This document shows positions 54,415 to 60,790 of a stretch of DNA of 60,790 bases, in pieces. The notes under the pieces are model-generated. The model saw nothing but the letters and a program-made list of their open reading frames with translations. It did not search any database and was not told the DNA's origin. The position numbers were made by a program, and so were the translations under genes. The stretch is from a virus, in IMG/VR virus record IMGVR_UViG_3300025086_000020. One strand, 5' to 3'. The stretch's first letter is position 1, and each line of letters begins with the position of its first letter.

Positions 54415-54606
54415 TTATATAAATAAATTGTTATATGCCCATGTGTCATCAACCCTCAACATCTCAGAGATTAATCTAATTTCCTGTGCACTAAACGTGT
54501 CAGGAGACTCTAGTCTCTTTGATATTGTTGGTCTTGAAACACCAACATATTCAGATACCTCTTGTTGAGATATTTTCCTTGCTCTTAGTTCTGCTTTTAA
54601 TTTCAT
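54415..54606 (-). CDS. XRE-type helix-turn-helix transcriptional regulator
   Basis: ISQQEVSEYVGVSRPTISKRLESP is a classic HTH. Confidence 0.7.
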   Translation of the reverse strand: MKLKAELRARKISQQEVSEYVGVSRPTISKRLESPDTFSAQEIRLISEMLRVDDTWAYNNLFI

Positions 54607-54618
54607 AGTAATTGATTT

Positions 54619-55383
54619 TTAAAGTATTGATTCAACATAATAGTCATTAATTTCTTTTTCCTGTTTTATAAAATAATGGTCATATATATTTAATAAGTTT
54701 TTGTATTTACCTCTACCACCACCAACAAACTCATCACCACACATATATATACCAACGTCAAATGGTTCTGTTTTTTCTATAACGATAAACCAAAACTCGT
54801 CTGCCTCAAACCCATCCATATAAAAAGCTGATTGCCTATCATACCCATACTTATAGCACGATCCCATAAAAGCTCTTTGTGAATGGTCTTGGGTGGTTTT
54901 TATATCTACAAGTATTTTTCTTCCATTTTCTTCTTTAATATAGTCTGTCTTACCCTTACAATAAACACCTGTATCAGAGTCCTCCCAACAATTTACAATC
55001 TCTGCTTCACCCCCAGAAAGTAATCCAACAACTCTTGGGATGGAGTATAATTTTTGTCTCATTTTTAACAAAGATCTCTCCTCTCCTTTTGTTATAATAG
55101 TTTTATCACTATTGTTTAACTTAAACTCATCCCAAACCTTACCCCTTCTTGTTCCATCATAAGATATAACCTGTTCTTTATATTTCTCAGGCTCTAATAT
55201 GTTCTGGTGAAAAGCTCTACCAAACAGTAGTGCGTTTGTATCATCTTGACCATACATCCTGTAGCTTTCAAGCTTTGCAGGTGAGTGAGCTAACTTACCT
55301 AATTGAGAATTAGTTATAAAATTCTTATCCCCATAATAAATAGCATCACTATCAAAGTCTTTTATGTATTTAGCAAAATCCAT
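54619..55383 (-). CDS. PD-(D/E)xK recombination exonuclease (RecE/DUF3799-like)
   Basis: GRAFHQNILEPEKY and KGKTDYI...LVDIKTT (D...D-x-K), next to an annealing-protein candidate. Confidence 0.6.
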   Translation of the reverse strand: MDFAKYIKDFDSDAIYYGDKNFITNSQLGKLAHSPAKLESYRMYGQDDTNALLFGRAFHQNILEPEKYKEQVISYDGTRRGKVWDEFKLNNSDKTIITKGEERSLLKMRQKLYSIPRVVGLLSGGEAEIVNCWEDSDTGVYCKGKTDYIKEENGRKILVDIKTTQDHSQRAFMGSCYKYGYDRQSAFYMDGFEADEFWFIVIEKTEPFDVGIYMCGDEFVGGGRGKYKNLLNIYDHYFIKQEKEINDYYVESIL

Positions 55384-55384
55384 A

Positions 55385-55903
55385 TTATTGTTTTTCTATT
55401 TCTGACATTAATAACTTTCTTTGATCTTCTGTCATAGAGTAATTTTCCATTCTTTGTTTAACAACCAAAGACTCACCATCTCTAACAGCTTTCATCATGG
55501 CATCAAACTGACTACTTGTTAGTTTTTTTTTACCACTAACTGTTGGTTTTTTAGGTACACTTGTTTGTGCTATTGCGTTTGCCACCTCATGTGCTGAAGC
55601 AACTGAAGCATCTATACCTATACCAAAGTTAGCCAAAGCTCTACCCCATGCAGACGTTTCACATACCTCTACAAAAGATGTTTTATTGATAAAGTTAGCT
55701 GATCTCACTTCGTGTGCATGTCCTGTTGCAATAATCTCACCCCCATGAGATATTGTTGCTTTAATAACACAATGTTCATCTGTACATTGAATAATGTCTG
55801 TTGTTAGTGCGTAGTTTGGATGATTCTCCCTAAAGTATTTAAGTCTTTCATTGACTTCAACATACTCCTTTCCTTTGATGTTTATTGTTTTTAGTTTTGT
55901 CAT
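55385..55903 (-). CDS. Single-strand annealing protein candidate (Rad52/Sak-like)
   Basis: KGKEYVEVNERLKYFRE...ATGHAHE...ETSAWGRALANFGIG. Paired with the exonuclease gene. Confidence 0.4.
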   Translation of the reverse strand: MTKLKTINIKGKEYVEVNERLKYFRENHPNYALTTDIIQCTDEHCVIKATISHGGEIIATGHAHEVRSANFINKTSFVEVCETSAWGRALANFGIGIDASVASAHEVANAIAQTSVPKKPTVSGKKKLTSSQFDAMMKAVRDGESLVVKQRMENYSMTEDQRKLLMSEIEKQ

Positions 55904-55928
55904 AATATCTTAAATTAAATTGTTTTTA

Positions 55929-55936
55929 CAAATATA
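55929..55936 (-). promoter_or_regulatory. -7 box TATATTTG (minus strand)
   Basis: Plus-strand caaatata is TATATTTG on the minus strand, 25 nt upstream of the ATG at 55903. Confidence 0.4.
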
Positions 55937-55958
55937 GTTAAAAAATGTTCCATTATAC

Positions 55959-56438
55959 CTACATTGGTATATATTTTTTCTTAAACGTTATTAACAAACC
56001 TTGATACCTTTCCTTCTCTGATTTCTCATTCATCCACAAGTCCTTATATCTACCTATTTGTTTTTCTTGTTCTTCAATTTTGTTTTTCATTGATAAATTA
56101 ATGGTGGCATCAATATCTTTGTCGTTCACATATAACCCTAGCATATCCATAGATTTATCATACATTATCCTGTAAGATTCATTATATTTATAGTCTGTAT
56201 CATGCATACCTCTAGCATGCACAACAGATGCGTGGTTTTTATACCCTACAACATCTCTAATCATATGGTTTGTATAGTTAAAGTTTCTCCACAGTATATT
56301 AACCAACACTTGTCTGGCTACAACCACGTTTGAGTGTCTTGTTGCTCTCTTGTTTCTTATTATTTTGTTTTCTTCAACATTACAAACTTCAGATACAATT
56401 TTTACTATATTCTTTTCAATCGTTTTCATAATAGTCAT
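55959..56438 (-). CDS. DnaA C-terminal (domain IV)-like DNA-binding protein
   Basis: NKRATRHSNVVVARQVLVNILWRNFNYTNHMIRDVVGYKNHASVVHA aligns to DnaA [42 protein letters not shown]. There is no AAA+ domain. Confidence 0.55.
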   Translation of the reverse strand: MTIMKTIEKNIVKIVSEVCNVEENKIIRNKRATRHSNVVVARQVLVNILWRNFNYTNHMIRDVVGYKNHASVVHARGMHDTDYKYNESYRIMYDKSMDMLGLYVNDKDIDATINLSMKNKIEEQEKQIGRYKDLWMNEKSEKERYQGLLITFKKKYIPM

Positions 56439-56439
56439 T

Positions 56440-56580
56440 TTATTTGTTTTTATTAGTTATTTTAATCGTTATCATTGAGGTTACACACATTAGAAGTATT
56501 ACTATCATAAAATCAAGCCCATCAGGTACGCACCCATGATTAGCCAACCAATAACTTTCCCAATACTTTAGCATTTCCAT
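56440..56580 (-). CDS. Unlisted small membrane ORF (46 aa)
   Basis: An ATG preceded by the junction motif. TM-like GLDFMIVILLMCVTSMITI. The stop abuts the next start. Confidence 0.4.
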   Translation of the reverse strand: MEMLKYWESYWLANHGCVPDGLDFMIVILLMCVTSMITIKITNKNK

Positions 56581-56584
56581 AATT

Positions 56585-56833
56585 TTATTCGTTATTTAAT
56601 TCGTTATTACTATATACACCCAATAGATTATTAGTTAAGGTTTCAAATTCATCATACATCTCATTATAATAATCTTGTGCCTCATCTGTAAACCTAACAG
56701 TATCTTGACTTGTACATTCATCTTCAGGTAAATCTGTAAATGTTTCTGCACCATAATTCATCTTTGTAATTTGTGTTGCTAACTCATCTATATATTCCAT
56801 AAAGATTGAATTTTCTATATATATCTTACTCAT
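56585..56833 (-). CDS. Hypothetical acidic early protein (82 aa)
   Basis: ORF in the early gene train. Confidence 0.55.
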   Translation of the reverse strand: MSKIYIENSIFMEYIDELATQITKMNYGAETFTDLPEDECTSQDTVRFTDEAQDYYNEMYDEFETLTNNLLGVYSNNELNNE

Positions 56834-56931
56834 AATTTTATTTTTTTTCGTTAATAATTTCTATATCATCTCCTTCGTAATCAAATACATCATAAGGATT
56901 CTTGCTTGGATTTTTTAAATAGAAATGAATT

Positions 56932-57129
56932 TTATCCATTATCTCTTGATAAGCTGTTTTTCTCATAGTTTTTCAATTTTTTAATTCTTAATTCTAATTC
57001 CTCTATCTCTTTTCTTTTCTTCCAAAATATATCTACTTCTTTTTTGGTTATGAATGGGGACACTAATTTTTCCAATCCCCACATTTGTCTTAATCTGTCT
57101 ATATCTTTACTGATTTGTCTTATTTCCAT
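56932..57129 (-). CDS. Hypothetical early protein (65 aa)
   Basis: First ORF downstream of the early promoter module at 57147-57214. Confidence 0.55.
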   Translation of the reverse strand: MEIRQISKDIDRLRQMWGLEKLVSPFITKKEVDIFWKKRKEIEELELRIKKLKNYEKNSLSRDNG

Positions 57130-57146
57130 AATCTTTAATTTATATA

Positions 57147-57154
57147 CAAAGTTA
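57147..57154 (-). promoter_or_regulatory. -7 box TAACTTTG (minus strand)
   Basis: Plus-strand caaagtta is TAACTTTG on the minus strand, 17 nt upstream of the ATG at 57129. Confidence 0.5.
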
Positions 57155-57190
57155 ATAATTTTATCTTTAATTGTAAAATATATTTACCTT

Positions 57191-57214
57191 AGTTATTAAC
57201 AGAGTTATTAACAC
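57191..57214. promoter_or_regulatory. Tandem 12-mer AGTTATTAACAG / AGTTATTAACAC (operator-like)
   Basis: A direct tandem repeat about 40 nt upstream of the -7 box. A near-identical pair lies at 60472-60495. Confidence 0.55.
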
Positions 57215-57360
57215 TCCTCACATTCATCTGCATATTCACACGCTTTATTATATAAGTTACTATCTACATTACCCACATAATCAACAAAGTGATTAAACCA
57301 CATTAGTTGTTTTTCTAAATCACTAATATCTTTTTTGTACATTCCTTTTATTTTTCCCAT
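57208..57360 (-). CDS. Unlisted small ORF (50 aa)
   Basis: I translated it codon by codon: MGKIKGMYKKDISDLEKQLMWFNHFVDYVGNVDSNLYNKACEYADECEEC. The start is preceded by the exact junction 18-mer. Confidence 0.45.
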   Translation of the reverse strand: MGKIKGMYKKDISDLEKQLMWFNHFVDYVGNVDSNLYNKACEYADECEEC

Positions 57361-57368
57361 AATTTTAT

Positions 57369-57566
57369 TTATTTAAGTTTATTAATATGTCGATCCCAAT
57401 AAGAGAAGAAATTATCTATACTATCTATTGGATTCTCTTGATCGTTAAATTCTTTTTCTAATGTGTTTCCTAAATAATTATTACATAAATCAATTAGTAC
57501 ATTTACATTTTCTTTTAACTTTTCTAAATCATCTGTTAGAAAATTGTGTAGTGTTTCTTTTTCCAT
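57369..57566 (-). CDS. Hypothetical early protein (65 aa)
   Basis: ORF preceded by the exact junction 18-mer. Confidence 0.55.
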   Translation of the reverse strand: MEKETLHNFLTDDLEKLKENVNVLIDLCNNYLGNTLEKEFNDQENPIDSIDNFFSYWDRHINKLK

Positions 57567-57712
57567 AATTTTATTTATTTAATTCGTTAATTAATTCGTT
57601 TGCTTGTTTATCATTTTTTACAGATGATATTGTTATATGTTTTAAATCTCCTATATATGTATGCATAGTATTTTTATCATCTATATAATAACTTGTTATC
57701 TTTTCCATAGTT

Positions 57713-57949
57713 TTATTCTTCATTTGTTATTATTCCATTATCGTATATTCTTATTCTTGTATCATAATCATCTTCAACCTCATACAAGGCAACACAAGTA
57801 GTTTTGTCTTCTACACTATTAATGCAATCCATAAACTCTTGTAATGCAAACCCTTTATCACCATAACTATCTTCGCCATAAGGAACACAATCTGCAAATC
57901 CCTCTACACCATCTGGGTATTCTATTTTTTCTATCCAATACTTTTTCAT
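57713..57949 (-). CDS. Hypothetical early protein; start moved to the ATG at 57949 (78 aa)
   Basis: The track start at 57988 would overlap the upstream small ORF. The ATG at 57949 (MKKYWIEK) is preceded by the junction motif. Confidence 0.5.
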   Translation of the reverse strand: MKKYWIEKIEYPDGVEGFADCVPYGEDSYGDKGFALQEFMDCINSVEDKTTCVALYEVEDDYDTRIRIYDNGIITNEE

Positions 57950-57960
57950 AATTTTATTTA

Positions 57961-58089
57961 TTAATCGTTCCAATATGCTTTCGCACATTCATCAGAACAA
58001 AATTTATACTCTGTTAATACTTCTCCACAGAAATCACATTCTGTTTTATCTACTATATCTTGATATGGCTCTCTATCGTAATCGTTCAT
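57961..58089 (-). CDS. Unlisted small zinc-ribbon-like ORF (42 aa)
   Basis: MNDYDREPYQDIVDKTECDFCGEVLTEYKFCSDECAKAYWND has a CxxC...CxxxC arrangement. Confidence 0.45.
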   Translation of the reverse strand: MNDYDREPYQDIVDKTECDFCGEVLTEYKFCSDECAKAYWND

Positions 58090-58210
58090 ATCCTAATTTT
58101 CTTTTAAGGTTTTCAATTTCAGTTTCATACTTGTTTTGTATGTTATCATATTCTTCTATCGTGAATACATAATAACCATTTTTAAACATATCAAATTTAT
58201 TTATCTCCAT
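58073..58210 (-). CDS. Unlisted small ORF (45 aa)
   Basis: MEINKFDMFKNGYYVFTIEEYDNIQNKYETEIENLKRKLGYERLR. Overlaps the next start by 17 nt. Confidence 0.4.
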   Translation of the reverse strand: MEINKFDMFKNGYYVFTIEEYDNIQNKYETEIENLKRKLGYERLR

Positions 58211-58215
58211 AATTA

Positions 58216-58611
58216 TTAATCTATTAATTCAACTTCTGTTATACATACTTCATCTACCCAATCATCTACCTGTTTCTCATTGAGATCAGAATAATTTTCT
58301 AATATATGTACAGGTACTTCATCTCTCTCATCAAATATCTCTTGTAGTGTTATACTATATTCCCCCTCATCTCTTAATTCATTTACAAATCTTCTACCCC
58401 AATACTCTACATCATCACTATCAGAGAATAACCAATCTGCAAATCTTTGTTTTGTTAATTTATATTTTTTTTCCATAATTTTATTTTTATTTCTATATTC
58501 TTGTTTTCCATAATTAATTACCCATTCTTTATATGATAATGGTATTTCTTTCTTGTCTTCATCTATACAATTCTCAAGATAAAATGAATATAATTCTTGT
58601 AATGTTGTCAT
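58216..58611 (-). CDS. Hypothetical early protein, apparently a fusion of two small genes (131 aa)
   Basis: A junction-like sequence AAATAAAAATAAAATTATGGA lies in frame inside the ORF, with Met46 at 58474-58476. Confidence 0.5.
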   Translation of the reverse strand: MTTLQELYSFYLENCIDEDKKEIPLSYKEWVINYGKQEYRNKNKIMEKKYKLTKQRFADWLFSDSDDVEYWGRRFVNELRDEGEYSITLQEIFDERDEVPVHILENYSDLNEKQVDDWVDEVCITEVELID

Positions 58612-58615
58612 AATT

Positions 58616-58825
58616 TTATTTATTTAATTCATAACCATTTATTCGTGTATCAGATATAAGTTCGTGTTTAATTTTATAACTCATTTCATTAATAACATCT
58701 TCAATCTGTTCTTCTGTTAAACCTATTGTAAAATTTAAACCTATATTTATATAAGCAACTCCATATTTTTGTTCAAACTCATTTGGTTGAGAGTTTGCAT
58801 AATCTAAATCGTTTCTTGTTTCCAT
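58616..58825 (-). CDS. Hypothetical early protein (69 aa)
   Basis: ORF preceded by the exact junction 18-mer. Confidence 0.55.
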   Translation of the reverse strand: METRNDLDYANSQPNEFEQKYGVAYINIGLNFTIGLTEEQIEDVINEMSYKIKHELISDTRINGYELNK

Positions 58826-58837
58826 AATTTTATTTAT

Positions 58838-59134
58838 TTAATCTAATAGTTCTACTTTCTTTAATAAATTCTCTGTTCTTTTTCTAAGTATTATATTATA
58901 ATATCGATCCTTTAATAAGTTCCTTAATATCGTTCTTAAGCCATAATCTTTTAAATGTACATCTTCATATAGTACTTTATCCCCTTTCTGTACTTTTAAT
59001 AAATAAAAGTCCTCAAATTCTAGGTGATACTCTTTATCATATTTCTCAAGAATACCTGTTATTTCATCTACTATCTTAGTTATATCACTTAGTGATTTAT
59101 CTTCTAGGTGTTTATTTAATACGTTTGTGTCCAT
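58838..59134 (-). CDS. Hypothetical early protein (98 aa)
   Basis: ORF in the early gene train. Confidence 0.55.
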   Translation of the reverse strand: MDTNVLNKHLEDKSLSDITKIVDEITGILEKYDKEYHLEFEDFYLLKVQKGDKVLYEDVHLKDYGLRTILRNLLKDRYYNIILRKRTENLLKKVELLD

Positions 59135-59300
59135 AATTTTAATTTTTTAATTGTTACCACTCTTTTTTATGCCAAAATACTCTAACTTTTTAGATAAGTT
59201 GTCAGCTCTATTGTTAAGAACAACACTATCACTTAATTGTTTTACCTCTTGACAAAACATAAAACAATCTATTAATACCTCGTTTTTATTCATAACTTAT

Positions 59301-59501
59301 TTAATTTAAACTATTTAATACTTTTTTTATTCTAACCTCTTTAACATCATCGCTTAACTCCTCCCAATCATCTGGCTTTATTATACCATTCGTTGCAAAG
59401 ATTAATCGTTCTTTACTTTTTATCCAATCTTTCTTATTTAATTCTTGATTCGTTGTGTCTTGTAATAGACTAAACAACTTTAACATACCTACATTATCCA
59501 T
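59301..59501 (-). CDS. Hypothetical early protein; start moved from the TTG at 59543 to the ATG at 59501
   Basis: The track start is a TTG. The in-frame ATG (MDNVGMLKLF) has the A-rich upstream context seen at other starts. Confidence 0.4.
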   Translation of the reverse strand: MDNVGMLKLFSLLQDTTNQELNKKDWIKSKERLIFATNGIIKPDDWEELSDDVKEVRIKKVLNSLN

Positions 59502-59655
59502 AGCTTTTATTATTTTTTTATTAACATTACTTGACTTTGTCAAAATTTACTTGTAACTTCCCCAACTCTTTATTTAGGAGATTATTCAAAAAGAGAACTT
59601 TTTAAATATCTCTCTCAATATCTCTCTTTATTTAGAAGATTTGTATTAGGGATAA

Positions 59656-59889
59656 TTATATTCTTTCGTTTATTAAATCCCAATTAATAGCACCATCTTT
59701 ATATATATAATCATTCTCTATTAATGATGTTGCAGTTCTCCCATAGTGTCCTTGTAAACTCCAAGCCATACCATTTTTTATAAGATGACTAAATAATTCT
59801 AACACCCCTTTATCATCAATACTACCATCTTCATAAGCCATAATATAATCTATTCTATTTTTATCTGTTACTTTATTTTCTTTATTCAT
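59656..59889 (-). CDS. Hypothetical early protein (77 aa)
   Basis: ORF in the early gene train. Confidence 0.55.
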   Translation of the reverse strand: MNKENKVTDKNRIDYIMAYEDGSIDDKGVLELFSHLIKNGMAWSLQGHYGRTATSLIENDYIYKDGAINWDLINERI

Positions 59890-60016
59890 AATTATTTATT
59901 TAATTGTTTTATTCTATTTAGTGTTATCAATACTTCTTGTCTTATTCTTTCGTGTTCTTCTTTATTATTAAAGTTTATAAACACTTCTTTTAATTTAATT
60001 TCCTCCATATATATAC

Positions 60017-60298
60017 TTATTTAGTTAATAATTCAATTCTATGTTCCAATATGTATTTATAAAATTTAATCTCATTTTCTTTATTTATCAGCTCTAATGA
60101 TTTGTAGTCAATACTTCCATCTTCTTTTATTAATGGTGTTCTTGCCCATAAAAAATGATTTGTACCATTTTTATCTAGCCAGAATACCTTTTTTTTATGG
60201 TATAATAATTGATCTTTCCATTCATCAAAACAAATTATGTTTTTATTAGATATTCTTTTTTTAAAAATTCTCTTAAGTATATTTATTAATCTATTCAT
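60017..60298 (-). CDS. Hypothetical early protein (93 aa)
   Basis: ORF. Its start overlaps the stop of the small upstream ORF. Confidence 0.55.
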   Translation of the reverse strand: MNRLINILKRIFKKRISNKNIICFDEWKDQLLYHKKKVFWLDKNGTNHFLWARTPLIKEDGSIDYKSLELINKENEIKFYKYILEHRIELLTK

Positions 60299-60413
60299 AA
60301 GTTTTTATATTTAATTCGTTACATTTTATTCTTAAAAAGTATTGTGTATATGATATTATATTATTCTTCCATAATAATCTTAAATACTCTATGTTATTAT
60401 TTTGTTGTTTCAT
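60291..60413 (-). CDS. Unlisted small ORF (40 aa), first after the promoter
   Basis: The ATG at 60411-60413 lies only 4 nt after the TAACTTTG box. The stop overlaps the next ATG. Confidence 0.3.
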   Translation of the reverse strand: MKQQNNNIEYLRLLWKNNIISYTQYFLRIKCNELNIKTYE

Positions 60414-60417
60414 ATTA

Positions 60418-60425
60418 CAAAGTTA
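60418..60425 (-). promoter_or_regulatory. -7 box TAACTTTG (minus strand)
   Basis: Plus-strand caaagtta is TAACTTTG on the minus strand. A TTGACA lies 19 nt upstream on the same strand. Confidence 0.5.
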
Positions 60426-60471
60426 CGACAATTATCTATATTGTCAAATTATTTTACATTTATTATTCCAA

Positions 60472-60495
60472 AGATATTAACAAAGTTATTAACAG
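60472..60495. promoter_or_regulatory. Tandem 12-mer AGATATTAACAA / AGTTATTAACAG (operator-like)
   Basis: Same architecture as 57191-57214. It directly abuts the stop of ORF 60496..60768. Confidence 0.55.
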
Positions 60496-60768
60496 TTAGT
60501 TTAAATTCTTCAATATATATCTTCCTTCTTTTATTCCTTTTCGTGTTTCTTTTCTGTTCTCACCCAATACTTGATTAAGATATTTTCCTGTTGTTATTGA
60601 GTAATCCCAATCGTTTTTATCAAGGTATTTTTTCCCTGTCTTTTTACATTCAAAGTATATTATACTATCATATGACTGAAAATAAAATCCTTTGTTAGTA
60701 TATATTTCAAATTGATTTGGTACAGGGTTATAATTCTTACTTAACATATTTTTTACTCTAATTTTCAT
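60496..60768 (-). CDS. Hypothetical early protein (90 aa) spanning the assembly junction
   Basis: I checked the frame codon by codon. Its first 102 nt are duplicated at 1..102. Confidence 0.6.
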   Translation of the reverse strand: MKIRVKNMLSKNYNPVPNQFEIYTNKGFYFQSYDSIIYFECKKTGKKYLDKNDWDYSITTGKYLNQVLGENRKETRKGIKEGRYILKNLN

Positions 60769-60790
60769 AATTCTAATTTTTAATTAATTA
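60667..60790. repeat. Terminal direct repeat, copy 2 (identical to 1..124)
   Basis: See copy 1. Confidence 0.95.

Noticed and set aside
56834-56931. A 98-nt gap with an open frame (KNPSKNPYDVFDYEGDDIEIINEKK) lacking an ATG, read as a possible frameshift extension of ORF 56932..57129
   Set aside because: The upstream ORF ends at a clear TAA. Reaching the open frame would need read-through plus a frame change, and the only slippery-looking run lies after the stop. The evidence is insufficient.
49945-58172. Plus-strand ORFs 49945..50196, 52690..52908, 53549..53953 and 57975..58172
   Set aside because: They are antisense to well-supported minus-strand genes (holin-like, DnaB and the small early genes). 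ORF 57975..58172 disappears once the two sub-60-aa minus-strand ORFs are recognised.
23969-59543. Non-ATG or extended starts used by the ORF track (TTG 23969, GTG 51452, ATG 57988, TTG 59543)
   Set aside because: In each case an in-frame ATG a few codons downstream has the typical A/T-rich or junction-motif context and avoids overlap with a promoter box or an upstream ORF. The feature coordinates were adjusted accordingly, with moderate confidence.

Overview
The window is a complete tailed dsDNA phage genome. Its first 124 nt are identical to its last 124 nt, so the unique length is 60,666 bp and the assembly is circular or terminally redundant. The sequence is AT-rich and densely coding, and I saw no integrase, CRISPR array or rRNA.

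The genome has two arms. A plus-strand late arm (6865..49318) carries the virion genes: large terminase, portal, scaffold-like protein, major capsid candidate, a 1921-aa tail or structural protein, two putative internal proteins and a 3602-aa giant protein. A minus-strand arm (49460..60768, continuing through 148..6780 in the circle) holds the rest:
- about 25 very small early genes;
- a replication and recombination module: DnaB helicase, a DnaA domain IV-like protein, an HTH regulator, a PD-(D/E)xK exonuclease, an annealing-protein candidate and an SSB-like protein;
- tRNA-Arg(UCU);
- an accessory block: SNase-like nuclease, a secreted repeat protein with a T9SS-like C-terminus, an outer-membrane beta-barrel-like protein and fibre-like proteins.

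A Bacteroidota (Flavobacteriia-like) host is inferred from three things: repeated TAnnTTTG -7-type promoter boxes, the absence of Shine-Dalgarno motifs, and the T9SS-type C-terminal signal.

The items most worth follow-up are:
- the 3602-aa polyvalent virion protein, which carries an M15/LAS peptidase signature, an HExxH motif and an ART-PolyVal-like block;
- five Lys-rich low-complexity proteins sharing x-G-G motifs, two of which also share an MA(I/V)(I/V)IAIGRPK C-terminal box;
- the secreted cargo plus beta-barrel gene pair;
- a tandem (double) GroES-like protein;
- a signal-peptide thioredoxin fold without the CxxC site;
- a DnaA domain IV-only protein together with a 663-bp non-coding repeat-rich region;
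- a reiterated early promoter/operator module;
- an exact 18-mer reused at early gene junctions.

All functional calls come from motifs read by eye and from gene order. No database search was run.
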